Origin: Cyanobacteria bacterium P01_F01_bin.150
GTDB taxonomy: Bacteria; Cyanobacteriota; Cyanobacteriia; CAKZMO01
Direction: 5' to 3'
DNA length: 64,000 nt
Assembly: GCA_039189765.1 (NCBI GenBank)
Contig: JBCCYL010000006.1
Location: 101,630 to 165,629 of the forward strand
Positions within the stretch are counted from its first letter, which is position 1. Every line of letters begins with the position of its first letter. Positions 23,635 to 36,070 of this stretch are shown here, one piece after another. Both the position numbers and the translations under genes were made by a program. A model generated the notes under the pieces. The model searched no databases and had not been told where the DNA came from. It saw only the letters and a program-made list of their open reading frames with translations.

Positions 23635-23893
23635 CATAAGGGAAAATTTTTGTAAGCCGAGAAATGGGCTGATATGGGGCTATCGATGCTGCATCAATCG
23701 ATGATGCTCTGAGAGTTACGCTCATATCTTGCGCTAGAAGATGCAGACTCTTTCAAAGAACGACAATGGAGGCTATTTGTTCTTAGTCGGCCGTTTATGA
23801 GGCTTATCCAAAATTCGCCATTTCTGCATAACAAGCGGATAGCCGAGCGTTGCTACCACTTGATCCATCGTCTCCACATTCGATAAAAATCCA

Positions 23894-24151
23894 TCAAAAA
23901 TTTCTTTCAAGAAAAGCGCGAGATCCCTCTCTTTTAGGTATTTCAGGCGGCTCGGCTTGGATGCTGTGCTCCCGAAAGCAATGAACGCTTATCGCCTGTG
24001 CTTGCGCTGGAATAGCTGCAATACCCAGAAAAATAACTAGAAAAAATCCAGCATAGAAACATCGAAGAGAACATAATTTCTTAAATTGAGGCTTTGCAAC
24101 AAAAGCCTGGGATAGATGAGAAAAAAGCATTAGAACTTCCGAGAGATACAA
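23894..24151 (-). CDS. Possible small secreted/membrane hypothetical protein or gene remnant
   Basis: Hydrophobic stretch followed by AQA signal-cleavage-like site; no family recognised. Confidence 0.3.
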   Translation of the reverse strand: MYLSEVLMLFSHLSQAFVAKPQFKKLCSLRCFYAGFFLVIFLGIAAIPAQAQAISVHCFREHSIQAEPPEIPKREGSRAFLERNF

Positions 24152-24191
24152 CTAGACTCAAGGCCGCTCAAGACGGCTAAGGGATTTAAGA

Positions 24192-25040
24192 TTGAGCGCA
24201 ACACCATCAGAGCCGCAGGATGCAATACGGTCCTTAGTCCAATCAAAAAATGTCGAGATGCAATACTTTGGGGCTTTTCTGACAGCTTGCCGAGAGAGAC
24301 TAATCAGGGTGATTGCTGAAATGGGTAAGGGGCGATCGCCCTACGCAAACAGAGAGGATTTAAGGAGAATAATCGTAAAAGACGTGGAATTCATGGGAGA
24401 TAAATGATATTATGTTCTATGCGGTTATCGATATGAACTGCTCAAGATGACCAATTTGTTATATTTCGACACATTTAGTGCAAAGATTTGCGGTTATGCA
24501 ATCTTGTGCCGAGCAGGGAGTAGCATGAGAGAGATTGATGGAGACAGATTATTTGGATATTTTAATGAGTTTTAGAGTACTTTATCTAAACAACTCGGAT
24601 TTGATTCTGTAGAGATTTCACCTGATGTTCTTCTAGATCAGTTGGTTACTTTAGTCTGTAACGAATCAGTTGTTATGGTCATATCAGAAATTGAACAATC
24701 AAGACGAAATTTTCCAAAAATTTAAGATGCTTTTTGGTTTCCCTTATTAAAAAAATTTGAGATGCTTTTTGATTTCCCTTCATCACTGAGAGGTGAATTC
24801 AAGTTATTTATGATTGCTTCAATTCATGAAAATATTTTTTCTAAATATTCTTGGGAGACATATTTAGAGGAAAATATTGATTCAAATAAATTTTCTAATT
24901 CTCCTCTTGAACTTCAATCCTGAACACCTTTGCCGATTTTTTACAGGGACGAATGTATGGCCTTTCCCAAGAGACAGCTACCCATATTTTGGCCAATCGT
25001 CATCGTCGCTTTTTACCGACATCCTGGCCACTGACATTTC
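24192..25040 (+). pseudogene. Degraded iSTAND-like (inactive STAND) gene
   Basis: Fragments across stops/frameshifts read AVMQSCAEQGVA*ERL, F*STLSKQLG, ESVVMVI, DAFWFPLL, ELQS*TP, resembling cyanobacterial iSTAND domains; boundaries approximate. Confidence 0.45.
24716..24780. repeat. Near-tandem 30-bp duplication (period 35) with two A/G differences
   Basis: AAAAATTTAAGATGCTTTTTGGTTTCCCTT (24716-24745) vs AAAAATTTGAGATGCTTTTTGATTTCCCTT (24751-24780). Confidence 0.85.
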
Positions 25041-25095
25041 CAACCCTAACATCACAGACATTGACTTCTGTATCTGTCGGAGTAGAAGGAAGCCT

Positions 25096-26595
25096 ATGAC
25101 CGAAATAAACACAATGGGCGATCGCAAACATCAACAAGCCCTACGTTGTCTCCAAGTCTTTAAGGAGCAATTTGAGGATCAAGCCTATAGTGAACAGGTG
25201 CTGGATTTAGCTAGCCATGCAGCGTTTCCGTTGACCTTGACGACCGATTTAATGGACTGTCTGCGGGAAAACTTTTTCTCCGATTGTCCGTGGATTGCCA
25301 GTTCCGATATTTTGTTATCGGGGTTATGTAATTCTGTGGGATATGACCTGTATGAAATGGCTGCGGCCACCAAAATTCTTTTGCTAAAACGCTTGTTGGA
25401 TCGATTTGGCAAAGATCGCCTTGATAAGCTCGAAATTTTTATGGGGGACTATATCCAGCACCATTTATCTCTTAACCCCAAAAGCGATCGCATCCTCAAT
25501 GTGGGAGAACCCGGTGCGCCGCTAAAATAGACCGCTTTGGCGCTCTTAAAGCCCAGAGAGCTATACGAGCAAATTCGCCACGATTTGCAGACCCTTTTGC
25601 AAGGCCGTAACCCCAAAGACTACCTCCGGTTTGCGTCATTAGTAGAAACCTATGCGGCTCTATTGCCGATGGACGTGTTAGCGGAGTATCGCCCTTTGTT
25701 TATCGATTTAGCAGATCAGGTGGCAGAGGATAGTCAACGGTCTGAACCCATTTTCTATAAAACCGTAGAAACCGTACCCATTTTCTATAAAACCGTAGAA
25801 ACCGTTACCCTTAATCAGCGAAGGCAAGAGGTAGACCGTCGTAGCCACAAAGTCCCCTATTACCAAGAAGTGTTGGCAGAGGATGGGGCAGTTCTTTATA
25901 TGATCGCTATTCCCGGCAACGAATTTTGGATGGGGACGGATAAGGATGCTCCAGAGTATCCGAGTAACAGAGACACGCCCAAACATAAGGTATTTGTTGC
26001 TCCCTTTTGAATGAGTCAATATCCCATTACCGAAGCCCAATGGCGAGTGGTATCGACCTTTCCAAAAGTCAATCGAGACCTCAGAACCGAACATTTATCC
26101 CCATCAAAAGATGATCACCCCGTTAATGATGTGTATTGGCAAGATGTTGTAGAGTTTTGCGATCGCCTCTCTCAGAAGACGGGTCGCTCCTACCGTTTAC
26201 CCAGTGAGGCAGAATGGGAATATGCCTGTCGCGCAGGAACAGAAACCGCCTACCATTTTGGGCCCACCATTACCAAAGAGTATGCAAATTATGAAGATAA
26301 CGGAACAATACCTGTGGGGGATTACGGGGTCGCCAATAATTTTGGGCTATACGACATGCATGGCAATATTTGGAAATGGTGTCAAGACGAATGGCACGAT
26401 AATTACGAGGGTGCCCCCTCCGATGGCAGTGCGTGACTGGAAAAACCCTTTCCCTTGCAAAATAATGTTGTGAGGCGCGGCGGGTCCTGGAACTACGATC
26501 CTCGTTCTTGTCGTTCCGCATCTCGTGACTTTAATTTTCTTGGCGGTCGCCTCAACTTCATTGGTTTTCGTATTGTTGCCTCTGCCCTTAATTAA
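25096..26595 (+). pseudogene. FGE-sulfatase (SUMF1/CLec-fold) protein with N-terminal AAFPL-type helical domain, interrupted by three in-frame stops
   Basis: One frame from ATG 25096 to TAA 26595; stops TAG 25528, TGA 26008, TGA 26434; motifs HAAFPLTLT, YRLPSEAEWEYACRAGT, NNFGLYDMHGN, RGGSW..CRSA.R..IGFRIV. Confidence 0.88.
25746..25805. repeat. Perfect in-frame 30-bp tandem duplication
   Basis: ACCCATTTTCTATAAAACCGTAGAAACCGT x2 (PIFYKTVETV twice). Confidence 0.92.
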
Positions 26596-28279
26596 TGTCA
26601 TCTAGATCAAAATCTCTGATCAGACTTAGAGGCATGCGATCGCCACTCAATCGACGAATCAATGCTGGAGTCAATGCCTCCGTTTGAGTATTTGGCCCAG
26701 CAGATAAGTATGTTTGGAAAAAAGGCAGGCTAATGGATTGGACATAGCGTCGGGCCGTTTGTGGAACCGGACCCAAAATCGCTTCAGGCAAAGGAATATC
26801 CTCTTCAGTCGTCCCAATAGTAGAAAAGTGAGTGCCTCGATGCATGGTCACCAAAAATTTCTCTGGCGTTTGCAACCAGCTAAAGGGATAAATCTGTTCC
26901 CACAGCATTGGAGCAACAACATCTGCACTACCAGTCATCATTAAGACAGGGATTTCAATATCCGGAATCCCCTCAGGACCAAAAAGAGCACTGCCAATGG
27001 GATTAATAGCAATGACAGCATCAATACGATCATCTCTGAGTGATAGCTCCTCCAATGGAGGTAAGCCTTCACTAGACTCCAGAGTAGCTAAATCAATCGC
27101 TCGACATTGCAGAATTAGAGAGAGGTTTAGACTGCGATCGCTGCCATTTTCAATCTCATCCCTTGTAGGACAGATCTCCCGTAGGCGATTAAAATCAATC
27201 GTCGCTCCGGCCAATGCTAGAGCCGTGTAGCCACCAAACGATTGACCGATAACACCGATATTTTCAAAGTCTAATCGTCCCGTCAGATCGGGATTCGTTT
27301 CAGCCTGTTGAGTAAGTGTTGTCAGAATTAGGCTAATATCCTTGGCCCTATTAAGAAATTCAGTGGGATCAGCCACTTGCTCCGCTTTTCCTTCCAAAAG
27401 AGCTTGAATATAAGTCGCATTGCTCCCTGCATGTTCAGGAACCACCACAGCAAAACCAGACGCAGCTAAATACGTGGCGAGATATTGATAACTGTCTCGA
27501 TTAGAACCCAGACCGTGGGAAATAACGACAATAGGTGCAGGAGTATCCCGCTCTGGAACATAAATATCTACTGGAAAAGCTCGATTTTCCAGCGTAATAA
27601 TACTGCCGTTCACAAGATTCCATGGGTAGCGAACAACTGGGGGTTGATTCAATCGAGATGGCGGAGGTTCAGGAGGATTCGCCGCTAACGCGTCTTGAAA
27701 CTGTTGCTTCACGACAGCAATCGCCTCGGTGGATTGATTAATCGCTTGCTGGGCATCCCGAGCAATGCCCAAGCCTGTTTCAAAATCCAGCACCAGGCTA
27801 TCGGTAGGAAAGTGTCGAATCATATTCAGCGGAGTAAAGTCTTGGTCATCCGTTGCCGCCAAGAGCACAGCCGCTCGTAAAGCATACAGCCCATTTTTTT
27901 TGCGAGTGCGAACGATATTGCCAATCCGGCTGAGCAACACTTCACCGGGAGCGGAATATAAAAAGTGACTGATGGTACTAATAGTATAGTTATTTATTTC
28001 TAGAGCAATGGGAGTCGCCAAAACGCTCCGGAGTTCCATTAGCTGATCATCGCTAAAATAGCGACTGTAAGGCTCTAACTCATCATCAATGACACCATCG
28101 TTAACATAGGTTTCCAGAGAAGCAAAAGGAATAGACGCTTGGATCGGACCAAATGAGGCGCGGATCTCACTAGCGGCTTGGGCAGCCCCTTTTGGAAACA
28201 CGAACGAACCAATGAGAGACACGGCCAAGGAAAAGGCAATAGCAAGAGTCGGGCGATGGATAGAAAATATAGGGGACAT
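26588..28279 (-). CDS. Alpha/beta hydrolase with N-terminal DUF1400-like domain
   Basis: Signal-like N-terminus, ISHGLGS, GQSFGG nucleophile elbow, GTHFS. Confidence 0.88.
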   Translation of the reverse strand: MSPIFSIHRPTLAIAFSLAVSLIGSFVFPKGAAQAASEIRASFGPIQASIPFASLETYVNDGVIDDELEPYSRYFSDDQLMELRSVLATPIALEINNYTISTISHFLYSAPGEVLLSRIGNIVRTRKKNGLYALRAAVLLAATDDQDFTPLNMIRHFPTDSLVLDFETGLGIARDAQQAINQSTEAIAVVKQQFQDALAANPPEPPPSRLNQPPVVRYPWNLVNGSIITLENRAFPVDIYVPERDTPAPIVVISHGLGSNRDSYQYLATYLAASGFAVVVPEHAGSNATYIQALLEGKAEQVADPTEFLNRAKDISLILTTLTQQAETNPDLTGRLDFENIGVIGQSFGGYTALALAGATIDFNRLREICPTRDEIENGSDRSLNLSLILQCRAIDLATLESSEGLPPLEELSLRDDRIDAVIAINPIGSALFGPEGIPDIEIPVLMMTGSADVVAPMLWEQIYPFSWLQTPEKFLVTMHRGTHFSTIGTTEEDIPLPEAILGPVPQTARRYVQSISLPFFQTYLSAGPNTQTEALTPALIRRLSGDRMPLSLIRDFDLDDIN

Positions 28280-28320
28280 GGAGTTCAAGCCTAAAGGTTG
28301 AGGTACATCAAACAAACGAG

Positions 28321-30486
<2,166 letters not shown>

Positions 30487-30682
30487 CTAGTGTAGCTCCC
30501 ATATTCCAAGCTTAGGTCACAGAAAATAATTTCATCACAACTCTTCCCAATGACAACAGGATAAGCCTTATTAAATGAACAGTCAGCTCCTTACTAGAGG
30601 ATCAGCAGTTAGACCAGAAAAATAATTGTGCAAGCATTTTTAGGAGAGCATATGATCATGACCATATTCGCGTTAGCCATTC

Positions 30683-30704
30683 GCTAATTGAAAATCAAAT
30701 TACT
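30683..30704 (+). promoter_or_regulatory. Possible Fur box upstream of iron permease
   Basis: AT-rich imperfect palindrome TAATTGAAAATCAAATTA resembling GATAATGATAATCATTATC, about 30 bp before the ATG. Confidence 0.4.
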
Positions 30705-30729
30705 TACGGTCGTTAACTAAGAGCAAACT

Positions 30730-31626
30730 ATGGACTGGAGCGCAGCATTGCCCACTTTTGTGGTGACATTAAGGGAAGGGGTGGAAGCCACCCTACTGGT
30801 TAGCATTGTATTGGCCTATCTCAAAACATCCGGCAACGATCGCCTCAACTCATGGGTCTATGGCGGCATTGGCATGGGCTTGGGATTAAGTCTGCTAGTA
30901 GGCATTTTGTTACAGGGCATCCTGACCGCTTTGGAGAGTTCCCAATTAACTTATTCTGAAGTCATCGAAGAAGGGTTGGAAGCCAGCTTTGGCATTATTG
31001 CCATTGTTCTCCTCAGTTGGATGTTGATTTGGATGAGCAAACAGGCGCGATCGCTCAAAGCAGGAGTAGAAAGCGAGCTAGAAACCCTCATGCAAAATAG
31101 CAACGGTGCAGGTTGGGGCGTATTTGGGCTGACCCTTATTGCTGTGCTGCGGGAAGGCTTTGAAACCGTTATTTTTATTTCTGCTAAGTTTCAGCAAGGA
31201 TGGCCACCAGTGATGGGGGCCTTTGCAGGATTAATCGGTGCCGTTGCCATTGGATTCCTAATCTTCCAACTGGGCATCAAAATCAATCTGCGTCGCTTTT
31301 TTACCATTATGGGCCTGCTATTGCTGCTGATTGTATCTGGATTGGTCGTCAGTGCGCTCAGACATGTAGATGGAATGGCGATCGCCCTTGCCCACATCAA
31401 TACCACTTGGAATGCCTATTGCTCACAATCGTCCCAAGCCTGTCTCCTGGGGCCTCAAGTTTGGGATATGAGCCAGGTCCTACCGGATCGTCAGTTTCCT
31501 GGAATTTTACTAAAAGCCTTTTTTGGCTATACCCAAAACCTCTATCTTGCCCAAGCAGTGGGGTATGTATTCTTCTTAATTGCCATTGGTCGCCTTTATC
31601 TTAAAAGCCTATCACCGTCTCAATAG
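30730..31626 (+). CDS. FTR1/EfeU family high-affinity iron permease
   Basis: Two REGxE motifs (LREGVE, LREGFE) and multiple TM helices. Confidence 0.93.
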   Translation: MDWSAALPTFVVTLREGVEATLLVSIVLAYLKTSGNDRLNSWVYGGIGMGLGLSLLVGILLQGILTALESSQLTYSEVIEEGLEASFGIIAIVLLSWMLIWMSKQARSLKAGVESELETLMQNSNGAGWGVFGLTLIAVLREGFETVIFISAKFQQGWPPVMGAFAGLIGAVAIGFLIFQLGIKINLRRFFTIMGLLLLLIVSGLVVSALRHVDGMAIALAHINTTWNAYCSQSSQACLLGPQVWDMSQVLPDRQFPGILLKAFFGYTQNLYLAQAVGYVFFLIAIGRLYLKSLSPSQ

Positions 31627-31786
31627 CCCATTGAATAAAGTTTTTGGGGGATTCTGGCCCATCTTTTGACTCAAGTGAAAGACATCGTCCATTTTATGGA
31701 AAGATCCGTAAAGTAAAGGTTGAAACGAGCCAACCGTTCTTCATCAACCCTGACCATAACATCCATCCCATTATTTTCTGTCTACC

Positions 31787-32116
31787 ATGAGTCAAGAACT
31801 AAAAGAACAACTCAGTAAAGATGTCGATATTGCCCACTGGAAATGGCTTAGCGATCATGCTCAAAGAGATGCGGTTGTGATTGTCAACCCAGCCTTAGAC
31901 TTAGTGGATGTAGGAGTGGCGATCGCAACTGATAACACCCAAGCTGTTCAAAACTGGATTGCCGAACAACTGCTAATCAAACCTACACACAAGGAAATTG
32001 TTGAATGGGATGCTCAGGTGGGCAAATCCTTTACTTCACTGATTATTCAGCCATTTGTTCTTATTCAGGACAAAAAAAGCAACTCTCCGACAGAATCACC
32101 ATCGATCTCTCAATAG
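31787..32116 (+). CDS. DUF2288 family protein
   Basis: HAQRDAVVIV..LDLVDVG.AIA.DN...VQNWI...IIQPFVLIQ. Confidence 0.8.
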   Translation: MSQELKEQLSKDVDIAHWKWLSDHAQRDAVVIVNPALDLVDVGVAIATDNTQAVQNWIAEQLLIKPTHKEIVEWDAQVGKSFTSLIIQPFVLIQDKKSNSPTESPSISQ

Positions 32117-32118
32117 GT

Positions 32119-33024
32119 TTAGAAGAAAATTGCTTCTGGAACTTCACCAAAGATATAGTCATAGTCAAACGCCAAGGCATTGACGTGACGAATCACTGAA
32201 AAACCAAACTGGCTAGTCACATCCGTCGTAAATGTTGCCATGACTAGCTCCGTTAAGCGTTTTAGTGGAATTTGAGGGACATGAATAAAATAGTGGCGTT
32301 GTGCAAAAAAAACGCCTTCATCTTGGGGTACCACTATATTATTTAATCGATGCGCATGTTGAATCGGTCTAATATAAGTGCGAATAAAGTCTTCTTGGTT
32401 ACGTTGCAGCAAGTAGAGCTTTTCATGTTGCAGCCAACTCATCTTAAACATCATTTTTAGCAACTCAAAACCTAAAATATAGTGAAATACATTATTGCGT
32501 TCTTTTGTACTAAAAACCAACTTAAGAGCCGATTCTAAATACAGATCTGGCTGTCGTTGGGTATCCTGAGCTGAATGAATATAAAATTGCCGAATATACT
32601 GACGTACTATTTTTTCCGTTAATTCAGTGTCGATGCGAAATTGCCTGAGATGCCCAGATACTCGCTTTTGAGTATCCTGATCGGCGAGTTTACGAGACAC
32701 AAGCCCATCGGCAGTATACTCATCTAAAAATTGGGCTTGAGCGTCCGGCGATGCAGCACACATTAAGTGACAAAGCGCCAGCACATATCGTCGCTCCCGC
32801 CAGGACAATTTTTCAAACCATTGTCGAGAGGCACGAGGCAATTTTTCCAGAATGCCTTCTTCAGGAGCCATCCCAGCCCAATAGGATGCTCCAGAAATAT
32901 TATCTTGGGCACCTTGCCTATTGAAATTTATAGTTTCTTTGGACCACTCTTCTTTCCCAAAAGTCATGCTTGATGGTCTAGCCAATCGACAAGAGATAAT
33001 CAATCCATCCTTTAGTCTTCCCAC
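32119..33024 (-). CDS. Conserved cyanobacterial hypothetical protein
   Basis: Long ORF with LSWRERRYVL, FLDEYTADG, FYIHSAQD, MSWLQHE motifs; true start likely downstream of the ORF start. Confidence 0.75.
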   Translation of the reverse strand: MGRLKDGLIISCRLARPSSMTFGKEEWSKETINFNRQGAQDNISGASYWAGMAPEEGILEKLPRASRQWFEKLSWRERRYVLALCHLMCAASPDAQAQFLDEYTADGLVSRKLADQDTQKRVSGHLRQFRIDTELTEKIVRQYIRQFYIHSAQDTQRQPDLYLESALKLVFSTKERNNVFHYILGFELLKMMFKMSWLQHEKLYLLQRNQEDFIRTYIRPIQHAHRLNNIVVPQDEGVFFAQRHYFIHVPQIPLKRLTELVMATFTTDVTSQFGFSVIRHVNALAFDYDYIFGEVPEAIFF

Positions 33025-33170
33025 TTCTGGAAACGCACTCGCAGACCAATTTTACCTTTATGGTTTTTTCTCGTATTTTCCGCACAAGAATGGCTGTTTA
33101 AGGCATTTTTCTGTATTCTAAACAAGTCAATCAAGTCGGGGTTCGTGTTAAGGCGAAACAGAATTAATAG

Positions 33171-33197
33171 TAGTGTGGGCGCGACGCGCCCACACTA
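33171..33197. repeat. Short GC-rich REP-like hairpin
   Basis: TAGTGTGGGCGC-GAC-GCGCCCACACTA. Confidence 0.65.
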
Positions 33198-33263
33198 ACC
33201 GCCTAACGTTGATACCCATCAAGTCTAATCCCTTGACTCACTTTTTACCTTTTTTCACCATCC

Positions 33264-34688
33264 ATGTCATCTCCATCCCAACCTGAACAATCTTCGGCAA
33301 AATCATCTGAACACACTTGGAGTCAGCGCTTTGAGTCAGCGTTACATCCAGCGATCGCCCGGTTTAATGCCAGCATTGGATTTGACATTGAACTGATCGA
33401 ATACGATATTGATGGCTCCCAAGCCCATGCCAAAATGCTGGCAAAAGTAGGCATTATTTCGCCAGAAGAAGGTGAGCAGCTTATTGCTGGTCTAGAACAG
33501 ATCCGAGAAGAATATCGGGCAGGCCAGTTTAACCCTGGCATTGCCGATGAAGATATCCACTTTGCTGTAGAACGTCGACTTACCGATATTATTGGGGCAA
33601 CTGGTAAAAAATTACATACGGGGCGATCGCGCAACGACCAAGTCGGAACAGACACTCGTCTCTATTTAAGAGACAAAATTAATCACATCCAAGAACAGCT
33701 TATAGAGTTTCAAACGGCTCTTTTAACCATTGCAGAAGCCAACGTTGAAACCCTAATTCCAGGCTATACTCATCTCCAGCGCGCCCAGCCTTTAAGCTTG
33801 GCACACCATCTCCTAGCCTATGTAGAAATGACCCAGCGCGATCGAGAACGCTTGGAAGAAATCAAAGCTCGCGTCAATACATCACCGCTTGGCTGTGGTG
33901 CCCTAGCAGGAACAACGTTTCCCATCGATCGCCACTACAGCGCTGAACTTTTGGGATTTGAACATGTTTATCGAAATAGCTTAGATGGAGTGAGCGATCG
34001 CGACTTTGCTGTCGAGTTTCTCAGTGCCGCTAGCCTGATTATGGCCCATCTCTCTCGTCTATCTGAAGAAGTGATTTTTTGGGCATCAGAAGAATTTGGA
34101 TTTATCAAACTCAACGATAGCTGTTCCACCGGGTCTAGCATTATGCCCCAGAAAAAAAATCCAGATGTACCCGAATTAGTCAGGGGTAAAACTGGGCGTG
34201 TCTTTGGTCATTTACAAGCCATACTCACTCTAATTAAAGGGTTACCTCTAGCCTACAACAAGGACTTTCAAGAGGATAAAGAAGCCTTATTTGATGGGGT
34301 CAATACAGTCATCGCCTGTTTAGAAGCGATGACGATTCTGTTCCAAGAAGGTCTGACATTTCAGCCCGTACGCTTGGCCAACGCCGTTGCCTCTGATTTC
34401 TCTAATGCGACTGATGTGGCCGATTATTTAGCCACTAAGGGCGTTCCGTTTAGAGAAGCCTACAACTTAGTGGGTAAAGTTGTTCGAACCAGTTTAGAAG
34501 CCAACAAGCTCCTAAAAGATCTCACGTTGGAAGAATGGCAATCTCTTCATCCTAAATTTGAAGCAGATATTTATGAGGCGATCGCCCCTCAGCAAGTCGT
34601 TGCCGCTCGTAATAGCTATGGTGGCACTGGCTTTGAGCAAGTTAGACATAATATTGATCACGCCTGGAAACGTGTTCGAGACGAATAA
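33264..34688 (+). CDS. argH: Argininosuccinate lyase
   Basis: [47 protein letters not shown]. Confidence 0.97.
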   Translation: MSSPSQPEQSSAKSSEHTWSQRFESALHPAIARFNASIGFDIELIEYDIDGSQAHAKMLAKVGIISPEEGEQLIAGLEQIREEYRAGQFNPGIADEDIHFAVERRLTDIIGATGKKLHTGRSRNDQVGTDTRLYLRDKINHIQEQLIEFQTALLTIAEANVETLIPGYTHLQRAQPLSLAHHLLAYVEMTQRDRERLEEIKARVNTSPLGCGALAGTTFPIDRHYSAELLGFEHVYRNSLDGVSDRDFAVEFLSAASLIMAHLSRLSEEVIFWASEEFGFIKLNDSCSTGSSIMPQKKNPDVPELVRGKTGRVFGHLQAILTLIKGLPLAYNKDFQEDKEALFDGVNTVIACLEAMTILFQEGLTFQPVRLANAVASDFSNATDVADYLATKGVPFREAYNLVGKVVRTSLEANKLLKDLTLEEWQSLHPKFEADIYEAIAPQQVVAARNSYGGTGFEQVRHNIDHAWKRVRDE

Positions 34689-34742
34689 ACAAGCACAATA
34701 GGCACACGATCATCAATTATTAAGGGAGCATAGAACAACGAC

Positions 34743-35651
34743 ATGGATTTACCGCTGGTCTATCATCCCAAATACGTTGCGGAATTACCTATTGATCATC
34801 GGTTTCCGATGATGAAATTTCAAAAGCTCTATGAGCTTTTACTAAAAGAGGGTGTCGCTGACCCACAACAGTTTCATCGTCCCCAACGGCCACCGAACGA
34901 ATGGATCGATCTGGTTCATACTGCCGACTATCGACACGCTTACATTACAGGGACCCTCGATCCCAAAGCCCAGCGACGCATCGGGTTACCCTGGAGTCAC
35001 AGCCTGGCCGAGCGTACCTGTATTGCGGTTGGAGGCACTATCCTAACCGCACAATTAGCCCTTCAGCACGGTCTAGCCTGCAATACTGTTGGCGGCACTC
35101 ACCATGCTTTTCCAGACTATGGATCAGGCTTTTGCATTTTTAATGACATCGCGATCGCTGCCCGTACGGTTCAGACATTAAATCTAGCTCAAAACATCCT
35201 GATTATTGACCTAGACGTTCATCAGGGCGACGCCAATGCGTTGATCTTTCAGGGCAATCCCAGTGTCTTTACCTTCTCTATGCACTGTGAAAAGAATTTC
35301 CCCTTACACAAACAAACGAGCGATCTTGATATCCCTCTCCCCATCGGCATGGAAGATGACGATTACCTGAAAACATTGGATCGCTACCTCCCTGATTTAT
35401 TGACGACGCTACAGCCCGATTTGGTATTTTATGACGCAGGTGTGGATTGCCACATAGGCGATCGCCTCGGCAAGCTAGCCCTGACCGATACCGGCCTCTT
35501 TAAACGAGATATGCAGGTTCTCTCAACCTGTTTTAATCAGGGATACCCTGTCGCTTGCGTGATTGGAGGAGGGTACTCTAAAGATCTAGATGCGATCGCC
35601 TATCGCCATTCCCTGTTGCATCGAGCGGCAAGCATTGTTTACCGTCAATAG
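34743..35651 (+). CDS. Histone deacetylase family protein
   Basis: HRFPM, GGTHHA, GFCIFND, DLDVHQGD, GGGY. Confidence 0.93.
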   Translation: MDLPLVYHPKYVAELPIDHRFPMMKFQKLYELLLKEGVADPQQFHRPQRPPNEWIDLVHTADYRHAYITGTLDPKAQRRIGLPWSHSLAERTCIAVGGTILTAQLALQHGLACNTVGGTHHAFPDYGSGFCIFNDIAIAARTVQTLNLAQNILIIDLDVHQGDANALIFQGNPSVFTFSMHCEKNFPLHKQTSDLDIPLPIGMEDDDYLKTLDRYLPDLLTTLQPDLVFYDAGVDCHIGDRLGKLALTDTGLFKRDMQVLSTCFNQGYPVACVIGGGYSKDLDAIAYRHSLLHRAASIVYRQ

Positions 35652-35819
35652 CCCGACAATGAGTCAGACAATAGTCCAAGAAGCAACGTTATAAAGCCCT
35701 GAAAGTTCGTTAAGTTGTTCGACGTTAGATCACATTTCTTCAAATTCTCTGGAGTTGCGATCGCTTAAATGCGTTCATAGGGTTAAAGAAAGATGAATAA
35801 ATATCAGAGATCATCTTTC

Positions 35820-36070
35820 TGTGGAAAACATTGCCTGTGGAAAACTCTTTGATATTTGTGGAAAACCCCTCAAACGATCGTGGAAAAGTCAATCCAGAAA
35901 GTGGATAAACCTCTTAGTACAGAAAAACTGTAGATATTTTCCACAGTTTTCCACAAGTTTTCCACAGTTTTCTCACATCATCAATAGATTGCCATATAGT
36001 GATCCCAGCTTTTTTCCCCAATTTTCACAGAGCCTACTACTACTACTATTTTTTAAATTTTCTTTTTTCC
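35820..36070. other. Putative chromosomal replication origin (oriC): DnaA-box cluster and AT-rich segment
   Basis: TGTGGAAAA at 35820, 35836, 35857; TTTTCCACA at 35937, 35947, 35958; near-matches at 35879 and 35900; AT-rich tract at about 36035-36070; immediately upstream of dnaN. Confidence 0.85.

Noticed and set aside
23483..23760. Possible known riboswitch upstream of the 74-aa gene
   Set aside because: Could not match it by eye to c-di-GMP, TPP, cobalamin or glutamine riboswitch consensus; only the hairpin is reported
24877..25095. N-terminal part of ORF 24877-25530
   Set aside because: Likely an upstream open stretch of decayed DNA; the RBS-supported ATG and recognisable domain start at 25096
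25096..26595. Genome-wide stop-codon reassignment (TGA/TAG = Trp)
   Set aside because: Housekeeping genes here terminate at TGA/TAG and encode Trp as TGG; both stop types are involved
35930..35975. TTTTCCACA repeats as a possible CRISPR or VNTR
   Set aside because: 9-bp units without spacers, matching DnaA boxes; no cas genes in the window
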